Shown here one piece after another: positions 36,509 to 48,217 of a DNA stretch of 64,000 nt. The notes beneath the pieces were generated by a model that saw nothing but the letters and a program-made list of their open reading frames with translations, ran no database searches and was not told the DNA's origin. Source of the DNA: Diplonema japonicum (lineage: Eukaryota > Protista > Euglenozoa: Diplonemea); NCBI GenBank assembly GCA_964019335.1, contig OZ025711.1, positions 310,001-374,000 on the forward strand, written 5' to 3'. Position 1 is the stretch's first letter, and every line of letters starts with the position of its first letter. Both the position numbers and the translations under genes were made by a program.

Positions 36509-37605
36509 CGAAAGAAAGAAATAATAATAAAAAAATAGACGGATCCAAATCCTTGCACCATTAGTTGTCTTTTTTTTTTTTTTTTTTCCCTCCGAAAAAA
36601 AAAAAAAGAAAAGAGGTGTGGTGGAATGGAGGAAGGGAGGGGCCGGTATGGGTGGGATGGTTCTTTTCTGTCTCTTAACTATCTTTTCTTCTTTGGTTCT
36701 AACCCTCCCCCTTTTTTTTCATGTTACGACTTCCTTTTTAAAAGAGAAATAGAAAGGAATGATTTTCCTTCTTTTTTTTTTAAAACAAAGAAAGCTAACA
36801 AAGAAAACAAAGCGGGAGAAGAGAAAGGGGGAAGAAAATACAAATAACGGGGAGAAGGAAAGGGAACTGTGCCTACCGAAGACGGATAAGAATCATGCCT
36901 AAGGACCCTACGCTTCCACCCCAAGAAGAAAAGAGAAAGAAAAGCATGAATAGAGGGAACCGATGCTCAACAAGAAACGCCTGCTGCTTCTTACAAGCAA
37001 AGGAAAAGGGGAAAAGGAGGGGGGGGGGGGGGGGGGAGAAGCCTGTTACTTCTCTTTTTTTAATAGTTTTTTTACATTTTTTTATCTCTTGGCTCCACCA
37101 GATATCACCATCCAAAAAAGGGATAATAGAAGGGGAAAGGGAAAGGGAGAAGGCAATAGGCAATCCGGGGGCCTCTCTACTCTGGGGGGAGGGAGGGAAG
37201 GCGATTCTCTTTTTAAGATTCCTTCCCTTCTCTTCTTTTTTTCCCCTCTTCAATCTGATAATTATCAATTTTTCTTTTAAAGAAACATGTTAAAAAGTTA
37301 AAAGACGGGGAAAGATTATAAGTTGGGGAGGAGGGACAAGTGTAACACCCCGCGTACTGACCTGGTGACAATAGTTGGTCGGTTCATTATTTTCGTAAAA
37401 GAAAAAATAAAAGTGGTGACTGATAGCCTTGGTGTGGCACCTCATGTAGCACTGTCAGAATTGTATTCTCTACGCGGAACTACAGAGCATTCCAGCACCT
37501 AGGCGGGAGGGGGGTTGTTTTTTTTAAAGAGTCTTTTTTTCCTTTTTTGTACAAATAAAAATGGAGTGGGCAAAACCCACTGTTGACACGAAAAAAAAGT
37601 AATTT

Positions 37606-37643
<38 letters not shown>

Positions 37644-38287
37644 GACATCTGCACGATGTTCTCCTCCCTTCGACGGTTTTTCCTTCAACGTGAGGAGAGA
37701 AACAAAAAAAGGAAGAGAGCGGAAGGGGTGGGGGCAGATCTTCGGCATATTTTAGGAAAGAAATTAATACGGGAATTGGTGACGCCCTTCCTCCCATGCC
37801 TTTTCTAAACAAAAGGGGGAAAAAAAGAAGAAGCCCAAACGAACCAGAAAACGGGGGTCATCTGAGAATAAAAAAATGCTGAAAGATGAAGACAACAAAG
37901 AGTTTTCAAAAAAAAAGGTCTTTCAATCTGTTGCATTGCATAAAGGTGAAAAGGGTAAAAGTGGGACAAAAGGGTCCATCCGACGACAGACTCCTCTTCG
38001 TGTCTACACAGACTCTCTACGAAGCAGCTTTTTTTTTTCTTCTTTTTTTTGCTGCGCTTCGAAAAATAAATAGGGTGGATGAGCAAAACGGGAAAATGAT
38101 AAACAGAAGGGAATTAAAAGGGATGGGTGGGGAAAAAAAAAAAAAAAACAAGGTCCTTCTGAGCTCTGTTGTTGCTAAAAATTTGATTCAGACAAATGTA
38201 TCCAAAAAGTGTGCTGGTTTTTGTTTTTCGTTGCGATAAGCCTACTCCAAAAGATTATTTCATGTTTCACCCCCAAATCGTTCGTCA

Positions 38288-38361
38288 GGCGCCTTAGCTC
38301 AGTTGGTTAGAGCGCACGCCTAGTAAGCGTGAGGTCGAGGGTTCAAATCCCTCAGGTGCCT
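38288..38361 (+). tRNA. trnT-AGU: tRNA-Thr(AGU)
   Basis: GGCGCCT/AGGTGCC acceptor, CACGC-CTAGTAA-GCGTG anticodon arm, GTTCAAATCC T loop, T-run terminator. Confidence 0.97.
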
Positions 38362-39365
38362 TTTTTTCCCCCCTCCTTTTGTGAGTGGCATATTTTTTGT
38401 GCTTTTTTCTTTAAAACAAATCACAAGAAAACCCATAACTAAAAAACTCCTTCAATAAGTTTTTTTTTTTTTTTTTTTTTTTTGGATTTTCAAACCAGTT
38501 TTTCATTTCTTCCCCCTTTTTTTCCCAAAGGTCCACCTTACAATTCCTTTGGGGACTGATAAATCACGTCCTGTTATGGGTTCGTTACACAAAAACAAAA
38601 ACAAAAAGAAAGCTGAACAGCATCTGGGTTCAGGGTTCCCCCACTCCTTTTTTTTTTGTGTCTTTTTTGTGGATAAAAAAAAAATTAAACTGCAAACCTC
38701 TTAATTTTCTGGAAAAAGAAAAAAAATAAAAATAAAGGAGGCATCCTGTAATAAACTACAGCGCATAGCTATTCCGGAGCTGCATTCCATTGGGCACTTT
38801 TGTTCCAGGAATCAAGAGGTTTCCACATGTTGGTGTTGATGATTTAAATTGAAGAGACAGAGGAAACAGGTAATCAGGGAAAGGGGTGATGGGTTAATGT
38901 AAACTTACAGCGAAAAAAAAAGGGGAGGGAGGGAGGGAGGGAGGGCAGTGGTGAGAGGGAGAGGGAAAAGAAGGAAGAGAAAAAACTTCGACCGTTTTCT
39001 TTTTTTTTTCTTTTTGCTGACACTCTTCTTTTTTTTTCCTCTTTTCTCCCTCTTTTCTAAGTGTTTTGGGGAAATGGGTTGTAATTGAACAAAAGGGATC
39101 GAAACATTGAAAAAGAAGTATGTCTTTGCTTTCCAGCCACGGGGTGGGGAAAAGGCACAGAACGGAAGAAATCGAAAAGGGTGAGACTTTCTTCAAGTAC
39201 AACATTGCCTCTTTCGGTTTGCTTTCCTGCTTGCCACCTTTTTTTTTTTTTCGAATTCTTCTCCTTCTTTTTCCCCCCCCTTCTTCTTCTTTTCCAATCC
39301 TTGCCAAATGATCACCCTTTTGTTCTTCCCGCGATTTTACGGGGGGGGGGGGAAGAAAAAATCAG

Positions 39366-39396
<31 letters not shown>

Positions 39397-40384
39397 GCTT
39401 TATTTCCACTTTACAAATGTACTGGAGCTCTACCTTTTTTCTTCTTCTTCCTCCACTGGGTTAGTAGTGTATGCTCTGAAGGGCCTTTGGCCCTGTCTAA
39501 ACCAAGCCATTCTGAAAAAATTCATATTTGTAAAAGAGCGGAAAAAAAAGGGGTGGGTAATAAGGTGGGAAATAATATATATAATAATGAAGGGGAATAA
39601 TAATAGAAAAGAAAAAAAAAGAAAAAAGCGCATTTGTAAATTGACGCTGCTATTACGGGTGGGGATAATTTTTTTTTTTCTCTCTTTCATGTTTTTTTTT
39701 CTTCTTTCTTTTCTTCCTCACCCGATAATAATTTGCTTTTCTACGTGTCGTTCGTGTTCAAAAAGAAAAAGGGGGGCCAGGAGATGCAGAAATTTACAAG
39801 TCTACACCTGTCTACTGGGGGTTTGCACGGGGTCGGCCTTTCTCCTTCGCCCATGTTTTATTAATGCATTTCCTGACCCGCTCTTTTTTTTTTTTTTTTT
39901 TTTTTTGAACACTTTTGATAATAACAGGAGGGTGGGGGGGAAAAAAAAAGAAAAAAAATAGAAATGGAGAATGGGGAGTGAAAGAGCTCTGTGACTCTTC
40001 TTTTCTTTTCTCTACCCTCAAACAGGGAGGGACAGAGAAAAAAAGATAACTGGAATATAAAAAAATAAAAATAAAGAAAAGTAAAAAAGAAAAAGAAAAA
40101 GAACTCATGAGAAAGAGCTTCTCTTAAAAGGGGGTGCTGTTGCGCTGGATCACAATCCTTGCAAAGCAACTTTTGGTTTCTTGATTTTTTTCTCTTTTTT
40201 CTTCGTCTTTCTTTTTCTTTCTAGAAAGTTATATAATTTCTTGGTTTCGTTATCATTGTTATCTTTTTTTTTTTTTTTTTTTTTTGGTTTTGTTTGTTTG
40301 TTTCGTTCTTGGAAGACAGTCAAATAACGAGGAAAAAAAAAGGGGGGGGAAAAAAAGAAAGAGAACGAAAAAAAAAAAAAAAAC

Positions 40385-43142
40385 TCGATAAAATTTCAGT
40401 GTGCATGGGGGTGCTCACTGTTCAGGTAGAAATTCACACTAATCGGTCACCGTTCTGCGGTTGCTGTCTGGTGCCTGCGGTGGCTGTTTGTCGCGATGAG
40501 ATGGACGGCATCTGGGCGAGAAACACTGCTTGGAGTCGTGCTAGGTAGGGGGGGGTTTGGCTCGAGGAGAAGAGTGGTCTCCTGTCGTAGCCGTGTGCCG
40601 TCGGGCCCCCAAGATGTCGAAGGGTATGCACCCTTGATTTGGCGTTGGCGGGGAAGGCTGACCTTCCACAGCGTGCTGAGCATTTCTGGATGCGACCCAA
40701 GATGTATCGCATCCTTGCGGCCTTCTCCGTGAGCAGGTCCTGATCGTCGAGGGGACCTATGAGTGACCGGCGGGTGGTCTGCTCATAGTCTATGGCGAGT
40801 TCCATTGTAGTGACGGAAGTTTTCTTCTTACCATCGTACCATCGTAGGCCTCTTAGCCACTTGAGGACGTTCTTCAGATGAAAGGTCAGGACCGCGCCTG
40901 ACGCCCCGTTCGCCTTCAGCAACGCTTCCGTCGGAACATCATGTTGCCTCCCTGTCGTTACCTCATCCCAAGGGTTGGAGGTGAGCACTCTCTTGCTTTT
41001 TTCCGCTGCTCTGGCGTCACGGACCGTCACTACTTTCAGGAGGTATTGTTGCACCATCCTGGCACGTTCTTTCCCTGCTTTGTCGGCTCCTCTTGGGACT
41101 ATCCCGTGAAGGGCTGTGGCAGCTGGGAGGCCTTCTCGCTTCACCTCTGCGTATTGCTCGCTTTCCAACACACTCCTTGCCGGCTCGCACTCCCACAGTG
41201 CATGCTCCGTCATGCTGGTCGTTGTCTGGGACCGGTGGTCGCAAACGTCACACGCTAATGCTGGGTTTTCCACACCAGGGCCATCCAATTTTCTCCCCCA
41301 CACCCTCGGGTGAGTCGTGAACACTGCACCACTAATGATGCGCCGCAACCTAAAGGACACCAACGGTCTCCGGGCCTGGAGCTTTTTCCACCAATAGTTC
41401 GTGGACGGGCACGCCCCTGCCTCCATCCCCACGAAGGTTGATCTCTTCTCGATCAGCCTCTTCGCAACTGCCGGTCTGATGGCTTGCCTCACTTTGTGAG
41501 CCACCGCTGTATCTCCGTGCAGGTCGGCCACAAAGGACCATCCCTTCCCCAGAAAGGGGAGCCATCTGTTCCGCAGGACTCCAATCGGACCCATCACCTC
41601 ATCGTCATCACGGTCCTGGTATAGACCAATGATCTCACCAACACGCTGCCGCAAACGCGGAGAGGCCAGGCTCTCCCGGACCAAGCTGTTTATCGTTCCG
41701 TAGATGACCTTCGACAGCGGATGTGCCGTATGCCCTGGCAGCAGAACGCTCAGTACAGACACGGGGTTTCTCATCCCGAACTGGGGGCCCCACAGGGAGA
41801 CCACTGCCGCTGTACACATCTTCTTCAGCTGGTCGTCCGAGGGTGCCGCATACGTTGCTCCGTACAGACACGACGGTAGCACAGTGCTCGTCAACATCGT
41901 CGACTTGTTCTCAAACCCTAGTGGCAAAGCTCCGAGACGGGTCAGGCGTCCCTCCGCTGCGTCCAGCTTGTCCAGCCTGTGATTCCCATCCATGCTCAGG
42001 TTCACGCCAAGTGATTTGATCTCCCCAGCTACCTTGAACGAGGAACCGGTGCATACTAAACTAGGGCCGATCTCGTTTTTCGTCGAGAATCCCTGCGACT
42101 TCTTTCCGTTGAGGCGCATCTCTGTCCGGTCCCCGAACTCGATCACCTTGTTGGTCGCCCTTGTCAGGACCTCCGCTAAACGCGCCAGGAGGTACACGTC
42201 ATCCGCGTACGAAAGTGACCAAGCTCCTGGTACTTCCGTCATCACGCACTTCACCATCACCGACACCAAGGCGTTCACCATGATTACCGAGATGGGGCAC
42301 CCTTGCAGGATACCATTCGTCACTCGGAACTCTGAGCCAACACCTGTCGGGAAACGGAATCGCCGCTTCAGGTTCGCATACATAGCTTTCAAGGGGGTCA
42401 GTATCCGCTCGTGCAAACCGAGATCTTGCATCAGGCCAAAAGCTATCTGCTGTGGGACTCTGTCGAAGCACTTGACAAAATCCAACGCAATGCCGTTGAG
42501 AGGGGTGCCTGTCAACAGCGCCTCTTCGAGCTGTGTACTGAGCTCCATCAGAATGCTATCCGTGCCTCTCTTCGGTCTGAAACCATGCTGAGAGTCGTCG
42601 ATCCACTTCTCTTGCCACAGCGTGATGTCACGCAGCCTCGCACATGCCCACAGCCGATAGACCGCGCTCGTGACTGTGATCGGCCGATGGTTCAGAGGAG
42701 TCCTCTCGCCACCCTTCGGGATCAACGTCACCAGCGCTGTCAGGAGTGCTTTCGGCCACTTCCCTGTCGTCTCGACTGCGTTGAACAGCTCGGCCCAAGC
42801 ATCCAGCAGTACTACCGGCATGGCACGCAGTTCCGCCATCCTCCATCCATCCACCCCTGGAGCCGTTCTCGTTGACTTCTTGGCCAACACCGCCCTCAGA
42901 TCCTCTCCTGTAAGTGGTCGAAGTTCCATCTTCTGCGACACGATGTACTCCCTGTACCTCGTTCTAAAGGCGTTGTACTGCGGCTCTCCTCGATCCCCAC
43001 CGTACAGCTGAAAAATAGGGTCCCACTCCTTGTGCATCATCTTGTCCATCTCTTCAAGATCTGCCGTGAGAACCCCGTCGCCTTCCACTGCCTGCGTTGC
43101 TGATGCCGTTGTGCCCTTCACGAAGGCGGTCACCCTCTTCCG
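40385..43142 (-). mobile_element. 5'-truncated non-LTR retrotransposon (LINE)
   Basis: Intact RT ORF with a short 3' UTR carrying a stem-loop; coding-like sequence starts abruptly near 43142 with no endonuclease domain; no convincing TSD. Confidence 0.88.
40434..43142 (-). CDS. Non-LTR reverse transcriptase with a C-terminal CCHC-type zinc knuckle (5'-truncated)
   Basis: TAPGVDG, LIPK, RPITV, QHGFR, LDFVKCFDRV, GILQGCPIS, YADD, LGV and CDVC...HALWEC motifs. Confidence 0.92.
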   Translation of the reverse strand, partial: RKRVTAFVKGTTASATQAVEGDGVLTADLEEMDKMMHKEWDPIFQLYGGDRGEPQYNAFRTRYREYIVSQKMELRPLTGEDLRAVLAKKSTRTAPGVDGWRMAELRAMPVVLLDAWAELFNAVETTGKWPKALLTALVTLIPKGGERTPLNHRPITVTSAVYRLWACARLRDITLWQEKWIDDSQHGFRPKRGTDSILMELSTQLEEALLTGTPLNGIALDFVKCFDRVPQQIAFGLMQDLGLHERILTPLKAMYANLKRRFRFPTGVGSEFRVTNGILQGCPISVIMVNALVSVMVKCVMTEVPGAWSLSYADDVYLLARLAEVLTRATNKVIEFGDRTEMRLNGKKSQGFSTKNEIGPSLVCTGSSFKVAGEIKSLGVNLSMDGNHRLDKLDAAEGRLTRLGALPLGFENKSTMLTSTVLPSCLYGATYAAPSDDQLKKMCTAAVVSLWGPQFGMRNPVSVLSVLLPGHTAHPLSKVIYGTINSLVRESLASPRLRQRVGEIIGLYQDRDDDEVMGPIGVLRNRWLPFLGKGWSFVADLHGDTAVAHKVRQAIRPAVAKRLIEKRSTFVGMEAGACPSTNYWWKKLQARRPLVSFRLRRIISGAVFTTHPRVWGRKLDGPGVENPALACDVCDHRSQTTTSMTEHALWECEPARSVLESEQYAEVKREGLPAATALHGIVPRGADKAGKERARMVQQYLLKVVTVRDARAAEKSKRVLTSNPWDEVTTGRQHDVPTEALLKANGASGAVLTFHLKNVLKWLRGLRWYDGKKKTSVTTMELAIDYEQTTRRSLIGPLDDQDLLTEKAARMRYILGRIQKCSARCGRSAFPANAKSRVHTLRHLGGPTAHGYDRRPLFSSSQTPPYLARLQAVFLAQMPSISSRQTATAGTRQQPQNGDRLV

Positions 43143-44213
43143 TAAAAAAAGAAGCATCCTCCATCCCCTTTTGTTCACCAATCTTTTTTTCTCCTCTTTC
43201 TCTTTTTCCCCCCATTTCTTTTTCCTCATTCATTTTATTTGCTGAACCTGCCTTCGTTTACTTCTAACCCAACAGGCAGAAGCGGGGGGGGGGGGGGGGG
43301 GGTAAGGGTTTGTTGTGGGAGTTGCGGAAGCAAATTTAAGCTCCACCCCCCCATTTTGTTATTTTTTTTTGTTCCACGTACCGATGGGGCGGGTATAAAA
43401 AAAAATAAAAATAAGAGGAACTGCATTGTTGTATTGTGCTTTGTACGGATCGGATGAGAAACCTGGAGAAGTTTATCACCCTGTGAATATGTCTAGCGCT
43501 CCTATTTTGTTAAGGCAAAGTCAAAGACTCTTTCTTGCATCTTGAAAAAAAAGATAAGGGAAAATAATATTAAATAAAAGAAAATAAATAAAAAAAGGAG
43601 GAGTCCGTTGTCTGTAGTTTCTTTCTTTTTTTTTTTTTTTTTTTTTCTCTTTTTTTTCTTCTTCTTCTTTTTCGTTTTCTGTCTCTATTCATTTTCTAAA
43701 TTGTATTTTCGCAAAATATTTTGATTGTAATAACGGGAAGGTGGGGGGGTCTCTCTCCACTTTTTTCTCTCCTTGTTCTCCCGTGGCTGGCACGTCCTGT
43801 GAAAAAAATGAGTGGAGAGATCCCGTCATGGGGCAATGGCACTAAAAAAAACCTTCAGGCATTTTTATATATTTTGCCCCACGGGTCCAGCAAATGACAA
43901 TGCCAGTAAAGGCACAACAAAGCAGTGGTTATAAAAAAAAAAAAAGTAAAACCATACCAGAAAAGGGGAAGAGGAGGGGTTAAAAGATGAAATGCAGGAG
44001 GAAAAAAAAAAAAAAAAAAAAAAAAAAGAGGGGAACGGGCTGGGAAAGAAGACAAATCTTTCCGTTTTTTGTTGGTCTACCTCGGATCGGAAAGGGAGGA
44101 AGGATCCAGGATGGGCTGGGCAGCCCGCCAAGAAAAAAAAAAAAAAAAAAAGCATCTGCTTCCTACCTTTAGTTTATCTGAGCCAACAAAATCTTGCTTT
44201 TTGGGGAAAAAAA

Positions 44214-44287
44214 TATTCCCATCCGGGTTCGAACCGGAGACCTTCGCCGTGTTAAGGCGACGTCATAACCAACTAGACCATGGGAAC
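44214..44287 (-). tRNA. trnV-AAC: tRNA-Val(AAC)
   Basis: Reverse complement GTTCCCA-TGGTCTAGTTGG...TCGCC-TTAACAC-GGCGA...GGTTCGAACC-TGGGAAT-A followed by a T run. Confidence 0.97.
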
Positions 44288-44906
44288 TTGCACTCAATGC
44301 CGGGGTCTAAAACCTGGATGTGAATGGTCATAACTGTTTGTTGTGTATCAGTTACCCACCTTTGGTGTGCTTTTATCTATTTTTCAGAGACAAAAAAACC
44401 ACATCCTTCTGCGCCTTCTGTTGACAGGAAATGTGCAGCAATGTACACAAACAAATAAGTACTCAACCGGGGCGGGAAAGCTATGTCTGCACCAAGGGGT
44501 CGTATCGAAGGGGGAAAGACGGAAAGAACTCTTTTTTTTCTTCCGTTTCTTTTCTTTCTTTCTTTTTTTTTTTTTCTTCTTCTTTTTGCAAGAAGAGATA
44601 GAACAAAGACCTTTTCATTTCTTTTTTTTCTTTCCCTCCTGTTGTTCACTGGAAGAAATATAAAGCTGGCAAATAAAAAGGCTTCTCTTGCTGGTCAAGA
44701 GAGAAAAGAAAAAGAAAAATAAGTATTCGGTATTTGTACTTCTTCTTTTTGGTGTCGAGGTGCACCGAAGAAGTCGGGGGGACTTATGTTTTCTTCTTTT
44801 TTTTTCTCTCTTCAGAATCGATGCACGAAGCAGGCCGTGAAGGCGCTCCGTTCTCTTCTTGCTACTTTTTCGTTCTTTTTCTTTTCTTTTTTAAAAAAGA
44901 ATGTAT

Positions 44907-45062
44907 CGGATTTGGACTAAGTACGAAACGAAAAAACAAATTTCTAGACCCAAAAAAAAAAAAAAAAAAAAAAAAAAACTCAAATTAACATGCAAACTCC
45001 TAAAGCGAAAGCCGCATCTCCGACTCCTCCAAGTGCTGATCTCTTCAGGCAAGTAGCAAAAA

Positions 45063-45094
<32 letters not shown>

Positions 45095-45301
45095 AAAAAA
45101 AAAAAAAAATCGCCGCTTGCTTCGTATTTATTCCGCCCCAGGTCAATTTCGTATTTTAATAGTCGGCGGGTGCCCAAAGACTACTATTCTTTAGCGCAAA
45201 AAACGCATACCTTAGAATAACAGAAGAAAATTCCAAATCGGTTTTCGAACAGATAAAAAAAGGTTTCATAAATGTATCGTTCCATATTAAGTCCAAATCC
45301 G
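44907..45301. mobile_element. Putative MITE with ~25-bp imperfect terminal inverted repeats
   Basis: CGGATTTGGACTAAGTACGAAACGA (44907-44931) versus TCGTTCCATATTAAGTCCAAATCCG (45277-45301); outer 12 bp are perfect. Confidence 0.5.
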
Positions 45302-45599
45302 GGAAAAAAAAAAAAAAAAAAAAAAAAATACAATGCAAAAAAAATCTGCTCCTGTCGGGAAAGACTGGACCCGCAGGGCAATAAAAAGGAAGTGGGGAGG
45401 GTGGAAACAGGAGGAAATGGCTTTAAACTCTTTTTTTCTCTCTCTTTCTCACAGAGGGTGTTGATCAGGGGGGATAAGGGTTCTGCCACACATTCCTGTT
45501 GACTGGGGGGGGGGGGGGGGGGGGGGTAGCAGTACAGGGGGAAAAAAAAAATAGATAGGGGAGGGAAACGGGAGAAAAAAAAAGAAATATATGAGTTAA

Positions 45600-45870
45600 A
45601 GGAGGCCGGTGGGCGGCGCCCTGCACAAGAACTGTCTACTTGATTACAGGGGGCGCACCGCGGCCGAGTTGTAGCTTCTTCTGCGTTCCGCGTCGTGTCC
45701 TTAATGCGTGCGGTGTACAGCTCAACCCCAGCCGGGACGTCCCGGGTAACCAAGATTCTGCGCTCGTGCAGTTTGCTGCCTGTTCGTCACCCTGAGCATC
45801 TGCGTTACGTTCCACTTGTGCGCTACCGGTGATGACCGACGAGGAGGTCAACAGCGAACAACACATCTGA
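45600..45870 (-). pseudogene. Possible decayed SET-domain fragment
   Basis: GC-rich island; ERNADAQGDEQAANC followed in another frame by ILVTRDVPAGVELYT, resembling the R..ND....NC and TRDI..GEEL SET motifs. Confidence 0.35.
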
Positions 45871-46257
45871 TGTTTTTCTTATATTTTCATGTTATCCCCA
45901 CCACCTTTGAAAGAAAAAAAAAAAAAAAAGAAGAAGAAGAATAACTTTAAACCAGGTCGATCAGTTGTCCCTTGGCTCTAATAGTATAAACCACATTCGT
46001 CTCGGAGGCGAGCACACGCATGTCGGCACTCATCCGAGTTGAGGGAAGGAAGGAAAAGGGAAAACAAAAAAAGTTTCCGATTTCACGAAACTCTACTTCA
46101 CTTCTAACCCGGTGCATAAGGGTGTATTTTGCTGGAGGGGGCGGAAGAAAGAACTGGAAACTGCTAATCAAATTTTGCTTCTTATGAACTGTTTTTTAAA
46201 AAACCCCATAATGCAGTCAGCATTTCTCTCTTTCTTCCTTCCTTCCGTTCTTTCTAA

Positions 46258-46521
46258 TTCCACTCTTCGTCATTTTCTTCACTCACTAGGGGCCTCATAA
46301 TTTAACGCGAAACGCCTATAATTTAACTAGATAAATTATGAGATTTTGGAGTTAAATTATGGGGCCAAATAGCTACCCCGTGTTACCTTAGGGAAATCTC
46401 CAAAAAAGCTGACCTGTGAGGGAACAGCAGTGAAAGCGGTGAGTGAGCGACTCAAATGACGAAGAATGAAATAAAACGACTTACTTGCCGCCAAATGAGA
46501 CATTATTTAACACTCGTTACC

Positions 46522-46558
<37 letters not shown>

Positions 46559-46614
46559 GGAACTCGAGTTAAATAACGACCCATAATTTGTTGGCAATAA
46601 ATTGCTAATTTTTC
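46258..46614 (+). repeat. Dispersed ~350-bp repeat, copy 1 (MITE/foldback-like)
   Basis: Aligns by eye with the reverse complement of 62250-62587; internal inverted repeat at 46258-46287/46439-46470; repeated (A/T)ATTTAAC motifs. Confidence 0.85.
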
Positions 46615-46864
46615 TTTTTTTTCTTTTTTTTTTTTCTCTGCTAGAATAAAAAAAAACTTTTAAAAAAAAAAAAAAGAATCAATCACGGGGGGGGAAAAAA
46701 AACTCGAGGAAAAATTAGTTGGTTCCGTTTTGCGCAATCGGTGAGTCATTTGCACCAATGCTACAATAATGCTACCTCTACTTTTCTTTCTCTTCTTGTT
46801 TCTTCTTTTTTTTTTTCTTCTTCTTCTTTTTTTTTTTTAGCACTGAAAATAGTTATAAGTTAAG

Positions 46865-47046
46865 TTACATCCAGGGTTCCGATCACCAACAAAATTTTCG
46901 GGTTTAAAATTTTGCACTACCAGAACCTTACCTCCGTGCCTGTTTACTTTAGGTTTGTGAAAATATTCAACAAAAAAAATCTAAAATTTCCCGGGTTGGT
47001 GATCGGCTAACTCTAACTCTGGATTGCTTTGAGTTACGGGATGTAA
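46865..47046. repeat. Short inverted-repeat element (possible MITE)
   Basis: CCGATCACCAAC (46879-46890) and GTTGGTGATCGG (46995-47006), with outer ATCCAGGGTT/AACTCTGGAT and TTACATCC/GGATGTAA pairs. Confidence 0.5.
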
Positions 47047-47375
47047 AAACAAGAGGTGGCTTATACACTCACCCCATCCTGCCCTTTTTTTTTTTTCTTC
47101 TTCTCAAAAGGTTTAAGAACAGAAAAAAAAGGGGAGAGGGAGGGGGGGGCAGTAAAAACCTTAACTCCAAGGGAGGGGAAAAAAATACCCGAAACTTTGT
47201 GAATTTTTCCCTTTTTTTTTTTTTTCTCTCTTTTTTTTCTTCTTCTTCTTCCGCCCCCCTGTTTGGAGGGTAAACAACACAAAGAAATGATGGGGAAAAC
47301 CACGCACTTTTTTTTTTCTTGTCATTGTTTGAGGCCACTGCAGTCGGAAGTACAGAACTGGAAATTAAGGGAAAA

Positions 47376-47407
<32 letters not shown>

Positions 47408-47944
47408 GAAAGAAGAATGGAAAGATAACTCTGCAACTGAGTACATTGTGCCCTGTTAAGAATTTCTTCCATTTCTCTTCTTTCCCTTCCCTCTTCTTCT
47501 TTCCCTCCTCCCCCTATTTTCTTTCTTCTCTCCCTTCCTTCCTTTTGTTTGATTTATTTAAAATTAACTAGTCTTTATGAACAAAATGGGAGGAGAGGGG
47601 AAACATAAATAAATAAAAAAGGCAACCCAATTGTTAAGAGGGTGGGAAAAGGCGTGCGTTGAAAATAAAAGAAAAAAAAAAAAAACATCCGGGAAGGGGG
47701 GAGGGGAAACCCGTCCGACATTTTTTTTTCTTCTGCTTCGCGACCTTGAGAATAAAAAAAAGAAGGGGTGTTTCTTTTAGTTGAAACACTAAACAAGTAA
47801 AATCTCGGAAAGGAGAGAGAAGGAAGAAAGCTGCTGCCTTACCTTCAACCACATGGCAGATCACTTTCCACCAGGAAGGGAAAAAAAAAAAAAAAGAAAA
47901 ACTCATCAAGGGGATAAGAGGAGGGGAAACTTTTTTTCTCAAGG

Positions 47945-47979
<35 letters not shown>

Positions 47980-48141
47980 CAAATTGTATGTAAAAACGTG
48001 AAGGGAAAAAAAAAGGGGGAGGAAAACAAATAAAAGAGACAGATAAACGAAAGAAAAAAAAGAGAAAACTACAGACAACAAAAATGGACTTCCTTCTTTC
48101 ATTCTTTTTTTTTTCTTTTTTCTAGAAATAAATATTATCTT

Positions 48142-48183
<42 letters not shown>

Positions 48184-48217
48184 ATTGGAGAATAAAAAAA
48201 AAAAAAAAAAAAAATCA

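Noticed and set aside
37340-39860. Tract-free islands (37340-37510, 38740-38880, 39780-39860) as snRNA, SL RNA or 5S genes
   Set aside because: No recognisable U1/U2/U6, spliced-leader or 5S signature
36540-40165. Shared GGATC..AATCCTTGCA words at ~36541 and ~40147
   Set aside because: Too short and imperfect to call a repeat without a search
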